Assembly (NCBI RefSeq): GCF_004010195.1
Contig: NC_057739.1
Coordinates: 27,849,570 to 27,913,569, forward strand
Source: Chiloscyllium plagiosum
Taxonomy: Eukaryota
Direction of reading: 5' to 3'
DNA: 64,000 bases
A model generated the notes under the pieces. The model saw only the letters and a list, made by a program, of their open reading frames with translations. It was not told where the DNA came from and searched no databases. The translations under genes and the position numbers were made by a program. Below are positions 54,636 through 64,000 of this stretch, piece after piece. The first letter of the stretch is position 1; each line of letters starts with the position of its first letter.

Positions 54636-54818
54636 TTCTTGTGTTTCATTTCTTGGAACTTCTCAGCATTATGGGAGTGCAACTAAAGTGAAAATCTTCT
54701 TGAACTTTCAAACAGATTTGTCTCATCTCCAGGAATTTCAAACTGATCAGTACTTTACCTGAAATTTTCCAACAAACCCTTTCAACAAAATAGCTTTATT
54801 GTTTCTCCCAAAAATATT

Positions 54819-55716
54819 CCCAATTCCTTCGTCTCCGCCATATTCCCAATTCCTTCGTCTCCGCTGCATCTGCTCCCAGGAGGACCAGTTCCAATAGCGA
54901 ACAACCCAGATGGCCTCCTTCTTCAAAGACCACAATCTCCCCCCAGATATGATCAACGATGCTCTCCACCGCATCTCCTCCACTTCCCGCTCCTCCGCCC
55001 TTGAGGCCTGCCCCTCCAATCGCCACCAGGACAGAACGCCACTGGTCCTCACCTACCACTCCACCAACTTCCATATACATCGTATCATTCGTCGTCATTT
55101 CCGCCACCTCCAAACGGACCCCACCACCAGGGATATATTTCCCTCCCCTCCCCTATCAGCATTCCGAAAAGACCACTCCCTCCGTGACTCCCTCGTCAGG
55201 TCCACANNNNNNNNNNNNNNNNNNNNNNNNNNNNNNNNNNNNNNNNNNNNNNNNNNNNNNNNNNNNNNNNNNNNNNNNNNNNNNNNNNNNNNNNNNNNNN
55301 NNNNNNNNNNNNNNNNNNNNNNNNNNNNNNNNGGCTGGAGGAAGAGCGCCTCATCTTCCGCCTAGGAACCCTCCAACCACAAGGGATGAACTCAGATTTC
55401 TCCAGTTTCCTCATTTCCCCTTCCCCCACCTTGTCTCTGTCCCAACCCTTGAACTCAGCACCACCTTCCTAACCTGCAATCTTCTTCCTGACCTCTCCGC
55501 CCCCACACCCACTCCGGCCTATCACCCTCACCTTAACCTCCTTCCACCTATCGCATTTCCAATGCTCCTCCCCCAAGTCCCTCCTCCCTATCTTTTATCC
55601 TAGTCTGCTTGGCACACTTTCCTCATTCCCGAAGAAGGGCTCATGCCTGAAACGTCGATTCTCCTGCTCCTTGGATGCTGCCTGACCTGCTGCGCTTTTC
55701 CAGCAACACATTTTCA
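54819..55716 (+). mobile_element. 5'-truncated Penelope-like element with a 15-bp TSD
   Basis: PYSQFLRLRCICS..PLVLTYH..PPLSAFRK..SLRDSLVRS, then LEEERLIFRLGTLQPQGMN; TSD tctcccaaaaatatt at 54804-54818 and 55717-55731. Confidence 0.88.
55207..55332. other. Assembly gap (126 N)
   Basis: Run of n inside the Penelope element. Confidence 1.
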
Positions 55717-56835
55717 TCTCCCAAAAATATTACCAGGTTATCTTGAATTTTGAGTGTTTCATTCAAATGAAACTGGTAAGCAGTGAAATACCAGTCACAT
55801 ACAAATTAAACCAAATGTGCAGCAATATATTATTTATTTTTCTTCATCTATAACTGACTAAACTTGTAATAGTGTGCCAATATAAAGTTAATATAGGACC
55901 TAAACAACAGTGATTTTTAAAAACACTTCTGTACTTGGACCATTTTAGTGACTGCATTTAGGAAAATTTAAAATCTTTGCAAGGATGGTGTTTGCCAGGA
56001 TGTTAATAGAGCTGGAGGACTTCAATTATGAGCACAAGTTGGAAACGTTAGGACAACTCTCCTTTGATCAGAGAAGATTAAGACATGACCCAATTGAAGT
56101 TTTAAAGTCAGAAGTTTTGATAGAAGGGAGTAAAGAAGATACAATCTAAGCAATGTGAATCAATAGTCAGACATCACAGATTTAAAATAATTGGCAAACG
56201 ATCTAAATGAGAGAATGACAGAAGTGTTTTCACTCAGATTTATTCGGAACCTGAAAGGTCTGACCGGGAAACATACTGGACGCTGAATGCATAAATAACT
56301 TTCAAAGAGATTTGGAGATGAGGAACTTTGGGTCCTGAATAAATAAAACAGAGATGAGTCTAAGCATGACTGAACTAGCACAGCAACAAAGGGCCAAATG
56401 GCTTCTTTGGTGCTATAAAGTTCTGTGATTTGTGACTGGATTAAAAAAGATGATTACCAAATAAAACAAAGATAAGTAACTTTTAAAAAAAAAATCACAA
56501 ATAAATTGTGAAATAAAATTCAGAAAGTTCACAACTTCTTTTTGCAGAGCCTACAGTGTTGATATTTATATATTAAATTTGTTCCACCAGTTGCACAGAT
56601 TCTTTAATTAGGCATCAGCATTTCGTGATTGCCACACTAGCAGATGAATACTTCTGCCACTAAAACAATCAAGCCTCAGAAAGTGCAGATTCCTAAATCT
56701 ACAGCATCACTGATTCACTCTGGAAACTGAGCTTTGTCCTGATTGTCTTTAGAAATTAAGGAAAACTAGCTAGTATGACAATAAGAAAGAAATCCACAGA
56801 TGTTTAATTACCATTTATCATTAATTGGAACAAAC

Positions 56836-56925
56836 CTTATGCTGCAATTCTTCCCTCTGCTTCCTGGTCTCTTCTAATGCTTTGGCAATTTCAATGCTTA
56901 TAGTTTCTCTGCTGTTTAATTCTTC
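56836..56925 (-). CDS. GOLGA1: GOLGA1 exon
   Basis: CAG|EELNSRETISIEIAKALEETRKQREELQHK|GTTTGT. Confidence 0.9.
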
Positions 56926-57596
56926 CTGCATTCAAACATTTGATTTTTTTTTTTTAAGTATAATTACACAATTAAAACTTCACAATGATCAGATTTAAAT
57001 TGCACATTAAATTAACAGTGCTTTAAATTATGGGGAGTAAATTAACTTAGCTATTATGTATGCAAGAGAAAGAGCAAGCTAATAACATTGCTGTGATTAA
57101 TTGCAAGGTTAATGCAACTATTCAAGTTGTGGTGTGAGGAAGTGATGGATGTGAGGTACTCATATCGTGCACCAGTTTTAAACACTAGCAAAAATATTGT
57201 TTACTTAAATACTGTTGTATCTCTTTAGGCAGTTGGAACTTTGGATCAAAGAGAAGCACTCAAATCTGCTCAACTCACTTCATTGTTTAAATGTTTGATA
57301 GCCAATGAAATCAGCAGTGTTCAGCATCTCAGATAGTTTGAATACTTCCAATCAATATCAAAATACCACATGCTAATCCTACTTGATAAAAATGAATTTT
57401 TAGTTAAAAGGCTTGTTGATGACCTAAATTAGATATTTTGAGCTAATATCAAGCTAAGCTTCAGGATATGTGCTGGAATAGTGAAGTGTTGACAAGATAG
57501 TTATATTTAATATTAGTAAAAATATTCATTTTACAAAAAACAATTTTGATGCATGTTCATCATACTGGATATTTCCCAATTAGAGCTACATCTTTT

Positions 57597-57911
57597 TAGA
57601 TTAGATTAGATTAGATTATAGTGTGGAAACAGGCCCTTCGGCCCAACAAGTCCACACCAACCCGCCGAAGCGCAACCCACCCATACCCCTACATTTACCC
57701 ATTACCTAACACTACGGGCAATTTAGCATGGCCAATTCACCTGACCTGCACATCTTTGGATTGTGGGAGGAAACCGGAGCACCCGGAGGAAACCCACGCA
57801 GACACGGGGAGAATGTGCAAACTCCATACAGTCAGTCGCCTGAGGCGGGAATTGAACCCGGGTCTCAGGCGCTGTGAGGCAGCAGTGCTAACCACTGTGC
57901 CACCGTGCCGC
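57597..57911 (-). mobile_element. Young HE1-type SINE with a (TCTAA)n tail
   Basis: ggcggcacggtggcacagtggttagcactgctgcctcacagcgcc..cccgggttcaattccc; CpGs retained. Confidence 0.9.
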
Positions 57912-58892
57912 CAACTACTGCAATCTAATATTGCAGTATGCTTATAAAATTATTTTGTGAATAAAATTATTGTGAAGTATTTGAAGAATGGTCACTAGAT
58001 GCGAATCTTTAGCTCTACTTTCTGCGAGACCTGCTGAGACTTTTCAGCGATTCTGTTTTTGTTGTGAAATACTGCTGTTGTTTTCAAAATGACAGTTTAA
58101 TTAATAATAAAAGATTTTTCAGGTTTCTTAATTTGATGCTTGCTTTCTGCACCAGATAGGATCACTATTCGTTGATAGCTTTAGTAAGTGCTTCACAACA
58201 ACAGAATGTTGTTTTACAATGTATTCCAATTACATTCTTTCCACAGGCTACAAAGGTCAGCTATGCAAGCTTCTCATTTTCCCAGCTATAGAAACCATGT
58301 GGGAGAAGTCAAATAAAGGAGACACTAATTACAAACTATGCTTAATTTTTAGAAGAATATCATATGTTGAAATTACAAATCATGAAAAAGTATAAATATT
58401 TTTAATCGTTCTAACTAGAACAGTCTTAATTTTATGATTTTCGTACATTATAGAACCTTTTATACCTGTTAAGACTATTCAATAGACAGTAAAATGGAGT
58501 TTGAATCACGATTGTAATAGATTGCTAACTAGTTAATGTGCTCTTCAAACATCCAATTACTATATTCCTACAGATATTTAGCATAAGTTAATGTAATAGA
58601 AAAAAGTGTCATACAAAGTATCAATTCCATGTAGAAAGGAAGTAACAAGGAAGTTGATACAGCAATTAGCTTAGCAAATTTAAAAATAAAAATTATATTT
58701 TGAAATGGGGATGTTTTCGAAATGTTCCAGCAATTGGTCACCCAACATGATCATTAGGAGTTGTGAAACAAGTCTCTAATCTGCCTTCTCAGCCTGGAAC
58801 AGTAGTGACATTATGTGGAATGAAAAAAATCATTAAAAATATTACTTTTAAAAAAACGATTCTGGATTGTAATTTTAGAAACTAGTACTAAC

Positions 58893-58988
58893 CTTTGATT
58901 TTTCCAGTTCACACTCAACTTTCCTCAACGTGTTTTCTGTATCATTAAGCCTGTCACTTAGTTCTTCATTTTTCTTTTGGAATTGGCT
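58893..58988 (-). CDS. GOLGA1: GOLGA1 exon (most 5' exon found in this window)
   Basis: TAG|SQFQKKNEELSDRLNDTENTLRKVECELEKSK|GTTAGT; 96 nt, coiled-coil composition. Confidence 0.8.
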
Positions 58989-59089
58989 CTATGCACAAGT
59001 AAACACAAATAGATGTATATGCATACTGATAATTGCAAATTATATCTTGTCATGTTCACCATGCTGGGGAACATAATACGTTCCTTTTC

Positions 59090-60240
59090 AATTAGTGTAA
59101 GAGCTTTGTTTTCCTGAGAGCAGAGGAGTTTGAGAGGGAACATGATGGAGATGACGGACATAGATAAGAGTAAACAAGAAGAAATATTTCCCCTTAATGG
59201 AGAAATAAATGAGCATGGGGGATAGATTTAAGGAAAGGGGTAGTAGGTTTAGAGGAGATGTGAGGAAAAATATTTTCACTTAGAGGATGGTGGGAATATA
59301 GAACTCACTGCCTATAAAGGTGGTACAGGCAGAAACTCTCAAATATTTGAGCCATGTATTTGAAATTAGATGCTTGTTTTTGACTAGTTCAGGCACAATG
59401 GGCTGAAGGGCACTTTTTCTGCGTTGTAGATCTTGATGACCCCTAATATACTTAGAAAATGCCTTTACATTTTCCTTAATGCTAACAGCCTGTGTTTCTT
59501 CATGTTCCCCCCTTTATTCTCCTAATTTCTTTCTCAATCAGCCTCCTGCACTTTCTAAAATTCTCTAGGGTTTCCACTGTTTTGAGCCTTTGGTATCTTT
59601 CATAAGCTTCATTATTTTTCCTTAATCAAGCTTGTGAACCTCTTGGCAACCAAGAGGTTGTGAACCTCTTGGCAACCAAGGTTCTTTACATTTATTGGTC
59701 CCACCCTTCAACTTTACCAGAACATGCTGACCATGCATTCTCACTATCATCATTTTTTAATGTCTCCCACCGCTCTAGTGTGGATTTTCCTGCAAGTAGA
59801 TAATACTATTTCACTTGGGCAAGATCCTGTCTTATCTTACTAAAGTCGGCCTTCCTCTTTTCAGAACCTTCATTTCTCATCCATCTTTGTCCTTATCCAT
59901 AATTACCTTAAATCTTACTAAATTATGGCCATTATCACAGAGATGCTCTTCCACTGCCGCATCTACTTCCTGTCTGCCTTCATTTCCTAAAATTAGCTCC
60001 AGCTTTGCTCCTCCTCTTGTAATACTTTCTATGCGCTGGCTTAAAAAGCTCTGCTTGACTTATTTTAAGTTTCTGCCCCTCTAAGCCTGAGCTAGTTTAT
60101 TTTAGGGAAGTTGAAGTTCCCTACCATTATTATCCAATTTACCTATTCAGTTTGTCTTCCTATCTTTCGACTGTTTGGGGATCTACAGTACAACCCTATC
60201 AAAGTGATTGTTCCCTTTTTAAGTTCTACTCATATGGCCT
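59090..60240. mobile_element. Two old CR1 fragments (59090-59440 plus; 59450-60240 minus)
   Basis: ggagatgtgaggaaaaatattttcact 3' motif; reverse-complement endonuclease GNFNFP remnant near 60100-60125. Confidence 0.65.
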
Positions 60241-60241
60241 C

Positions 60242-60600
60242 TGTAGTGATTTGAAATATGGCCAGGTGGATCTCATACCCTGGGAGATCCTTGATTGGGG
60301 TTGTGTCAGCCCTGGCTGACAGATCTAAACAGGAAATTCAAAAGGTCTCTTCAGGCCACAGCCCATATACAGCGCAAATGTAAATAAGGGGTGACTTGGT
60401 GATGGGAAACCGGTCTCTCTGCAGCTCTCTAAGTGGCAATAAGAGTGGGATTAATGACAGAGCCATGCAAAAGCACTTAGCTGAAGCCCAACTGGACTTC
60501 AAACAAGCATTACAACTAGTTTTGCCATTAGAAAATGTGGCAAGTGGAGCATGGGAACTACATGGCATCCCAATGGAAGTGGACACCCTCACCTTACCTG
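60242..60600 (+). mobile_element. Putative Gypsy LTR plus start of internal region
   Basis: Starts tgtagtga; shares gagatccttgattggggt and atgtaaataa.gg..cttggt.a.ggga.ac.gg with the inverted copy at 62185-62700. Confidence 0.5.
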
Positions 60601-60604
60601 AGCT

Positions 60605-61970
60605 TACATAGAATAGAACATTACGGCCTTCGATGTTACACAGAGTTGTGAAACCAATCTGAAGCCTATCTAACCTATACTCTTCCTTTATCATTCATGT
60701 TCATCCAATGATTATTTAAATGCCTTTAAAGTTGGAAGTCTACTACTGTTGTAGACAGGGCAGTAACGCCCCTACTACTCTCTGATTAAAGAAACTACCT
60801 CTGATATCTGTTCAATATCTATCATCCCTCAATTTAAAGCTACGTCTCCTCGTGCTAGCCATCACTATCCGAGGAAAAAGACTCTCACTTTCCACTCTAT
60901 CTAACCCTCCGATTATCTTGTATATTTCAACTAAGTCACTTCTCAATTTTCTTCTCTCTAACGAAAACAGCCTCAAGTTCCTCAGCCTTTCCTCATCAGA
61001 TAACATCCTAGTAAAATAAGGAGAAAGCAAGGACTGCAGATGCTGGAGATCAGAGTCGAGAGTGTGTTGCTGGAAAAGCACAGCAGGTCAGGCAGCTTCC
61101 GAGGAGCAAGAGAATCAACGTTGCAGGCATCCCAATTCCTGATGAAGGGCTTATGCCCGAAATGTCTGCTCAGATGCTGCCTGTCCTGCTGTGCTTTTCT
61201 AGCACCACACTCTCGACAACATCCTAGTAAGCTGCCTCTGAACCCTTTCCAAAGCTTCCATACCCTTCCTATAACGCGGTGACCAGAATTGTATACAATA
61301 TTCCAAGTGCGGCCACACCAGAGTTTTGTACAGCTGCAACATGACCTTGTGGCTCCGAAACTCAATTCCTCTACCAATAAAAGCTAACGCACCGTATATC
61401 TTCTTAACAACCTTATCAACCTGGGAGGCAGCTTTCAGGGATCTATGTAAAATGGACAACAAGATCTCTCTGCTCATCTACACTACTAAGAATCTTACCA
61501 TTCGCCCAGTACTCTGTATTCCTGTTGCCCCTTCCAAAGTGAATTACCTCATTTTTCCGCATGAAACTCCATTTGCCACCTCTCAGCTCAAGTATACAGC
61601 TTATCTATGGCCCTCTGTAACCTGCAACATCCTTCGGCACTACCCACAACTCCACCAACCTTACCGTCATCTGCAAATTTACTAACTCATCCTTCTGCGC
61701 CCTCATCCAGGTCATTCATAAAAATGACAAACAACAGTGACCCCAAAACAGATCCTTGTGGTACACCACTGGTAACTGAACTCCAGGATGAACATTTCCC
61801 ATCAATCACCACCCTGTCTTCTTTCAGCCAGCCAATTTCTGAACCAAACCACCAAATCACCCTCCATCTCATGCCTCTGTTTTCTGCAATAGCCTACCAT
61901 GGGGAACCTTATCAAACGTCTTACTGAAATCCATATAAACTACATCAACCACTTTACTCTCATCCACTTT
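60605..61970 (-). mobile_element. CR1 3' fragment interrupted by a fold-back insert
   Basis: [42 protein letters not shown]. Confidence 0.9.
61015..61217. mobile_element. Fold-back Penelope-derived insert with a 13-bp TSD
   Basis: TSD aacatcctagtaa at 61002-61014 and 61218-61230; inverted arms; ctgatgaagggcttatgcccgaaatgtc. Confidence 0.85.
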
Positions 61971-62184
61971 CTCAAAAGCTTGGGAAACATCACTTGAATG
62001 TAAGCAATTGCAGAGCATCACGCAGGGCATATTCCGAGCAGGGGAACCCTAGGTCAGCCCACAGCAAAACTGAGCCTTGGCCAAATGGCTATAAAGTTCT
62101 TCAAGATCCGAGTTGGCAAGCTATTGTAGTTACTGCTGGTATGTGGACTCGAGACAGCAATGGTGTCCTATGTGGCCTGACTTA

Positions 62185-63170
62185 AATAAGAGAACTCATA
62201 GGCCAGTATCCCGTTACCAAGACATCCTTTATTTACATGTGCAATCTACACGGGCTCATATCTGTTCGCCAGGGATGCCTGATTGGAACTGAAAATGTGT
62301 TGCTGGAAAAGCGCAGCAGGTCAGGCAGCATCCAGGGGACAGGAGAATCGACGTTTCGGGCATAAGCCCTTTTTCAGGAAGGGCATTCCTGAAGAAGGGC
62401 TTATGCCCGAAACATCGATTCTCCTGTCCCCTGGATGCTGCCTGACCTGCTGCGCTTTTCCAGCAACACATTTTCAGCTCTGATCTCTAGCATCTGCAGA
62501 CCTCAATTTCTCCCCATGCCTGATTGGAAACAAAACAAACTGCTGGAAAAACTCAGCAGGTCTGGCGGCATCTGTACAGAGAACTCAGAGTTAATGTTTC
62601 GGAATGATGAGTGATCATTCCTCAGAAGGGTCCCCTGATCAACCCAGGTTAACAACCCCAATCAAGGATCTCAGTCATGACCGTGCTTCCACTCACTACA
62701 AACCTCCCCCACTATGTCTGGGGGTATAGGCCAGCTCTTTGTCTTGTAGCTTCTCCTGAGATATTTTCATCCCAAGTCTGGTTCCTCTGACTGACTCAGA
62801 TGTGGACATGAGTGGCATGTACAGCGCCTGCAGTGTCTTGGGAGAGTTTCCTCCTTTTCTTCCAGTGGTAATGGAATTGAGGCTGCATTCATCTTGGATT
62901 CTGAAGGATTTCTAGACACTAGATGGAGGGGCAGAACCCATGTATTCTGAAACCTTTCTGGCTGTTCGGAGTGGCCAGGTATGTTTTGCTCCTGCACTGC
63001 GTTCAGCTTTCAGGTGATCCACATTTATTCAGGACCGCCTCACCCACTCAAACGTTTGAGTGTCATGGGACCTGACCTCGTGTTAACCTCACTTCATACC
63101 CATGCTGAGCCATTTCTGAGGTTCTGGCACCAAACTTCACCTCTTGAAGTAAACTGTCTCTCTTGCTTAG
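62185..63170 (-). mobile_element. Putative Gypsy 3' end (integrase-tail remnant, polypurine tract, LTR interrupted by inserts)
   Basis: Minus strand reads gtgggggaggtt|tgtagtgag near 62700; LTR similarity to 60242-60430. Confidence 0.5.
62289..62515. mobile_element. Young fold-back Penelope-derived insert with a 14-bp TSD and hammerhead motifs on both strands
   Basis: Arms 62289-62380 and 62386-62477 match at 90 of 92 positions; TSD atgcctgattggaa at 62275-62288 and 62516-62529. Confidence 0.92.
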
Positions 63171-63990
63171 AAGACGCATGTGTCCAGCATTGGAATTCCT
63201 GCAGCCATTTCAGTCTCATTTGAGAAATCTTTTAACATACCATCCCTCCTTACTGCAGTAACTGACTTAATCAATATTACAACACAACCTCCTCTTTCAC
63301 ATTACGCCATCTCGTATAAAGTTTCTATACACCAGAATATTGAACTGTGCTCCTTTCAACCATGTCTTGGTGAAAGCAATGATATCACATATGCATGCAT
63401 TAATCCACATCCATCAACTCATCTGCCTTACTTGCAAGCTTCTTTGCATTAAAATAAATGGCATCAGCTTTGCCACGCTCTCTCACAGCTTACCTTTCAC
63501 TGCCACATAGACGGACATGGTTCTTCTATAACTGTCTGTGCATCACTGCCTACTGGGTCACATCCTTGCCAAATTAGTTTAAATTCCCACCAACTGCCTC
63601 AGCAAACCTTCCAATTATAGTTCGCGTACAACCCATCGGAATTGTATAAGCTCTCATCTTCCCCAGAAATTGACCCAGTGATCCAGGAAATCTAAATCCT
63701 TTTGTTCTGCATCTTTAGTGATGCATTCATCTGTTCGATTTTCCTATTCCTATACTTACTCTCACATGGCACTTGGAGTAATTCAGAATCTTTGAGATGC
63801 TGCTTCTTAACCTGCTACCTAACTCCCTAAATGTTTGCTACAGTACCTCATCCCTCTTTCTATCCATGTCTCGTTCCAATGTTAAACTTCCTCCTCCTTC
63901 ATGTTGCCATGCAACATCCTTTATCCTGGCCTCAGGGAGGCAACACATTGGAATCATGTCTGTGTCTACAGAAATACCTGTGTGTACATC
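63170..63990 (-). mobile_element. Old CR1 fragment (ORF1/ORF2 boundary)
   Basis: Reverse-complement FLDHWVNFWGR and endonuclease-start remnants. Confidence 0.6.
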
Positions 63991-64000
63991 TCACTACTGA

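Noticed and set aside
57840-57911. tRNA-like sequences (also 33070-33148 and 25750-25830)
   Set aside because: These are SINE heads with A and B boxes continuing into SINE bodies; no complete cloverleaf
59632-59681. Tandem duplication of about 26 bp (also an 18-bp one near 8505-8540) and poly-G/C runs near 10525, 12950 and 46316
   Set aside because: Ordinary slippage events inside decayed transposons
62256-62483. Mirror-image ORFs on both strands (MCCWKSAAGQAASRGQENR...)
   Set aside because: A consequence of the DNA palindrome; no evidence of coding function

Overview
This is AT-rich, repeat-dense vertebrate genomic DNA, most likely from an elasmobranch (shark or ray), judged by HE1-type SINEs and abundant CR1 and Penelope elements. 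It is not prokaryotic, and most entries in the ORF track are transposon debris or spurious. Four spliced genes can be reconstructed by hand, in the order known from human 9q33.3: WDR38 (minus, first 3 coding exons, runs off the left edge), RPL35 (minus, complete, 123 aa), ARPC5L (plus, complete, 150 aa, with a U12-type AT-AC first intron) and GOLGA1/golgin-97 (minus, last 9 coding exons including the GRIP domain). RPL35 and ARPC5L share a short head-to-head CpG-rich promoter, and ARPC5L and GOLGA1 converge through a 4-kb region with no recognisable transposons. The rest is CR1 LINEs, SINEs, decayed Gypsy elements and Penelope-like elements. The most unusual signal is a set of short (200-480 bp) fold-back Penelope-derived inserts that carry minimal hammerhead-ribozyme motifs, several flanked by 13-17 bp target-site duplications. 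There are also locally templated insertions, including a decayed copy of a WDR38 exon. Gene and repeat names come from recognition of sequence, not from database searches, and repeat boundaries are approximate.
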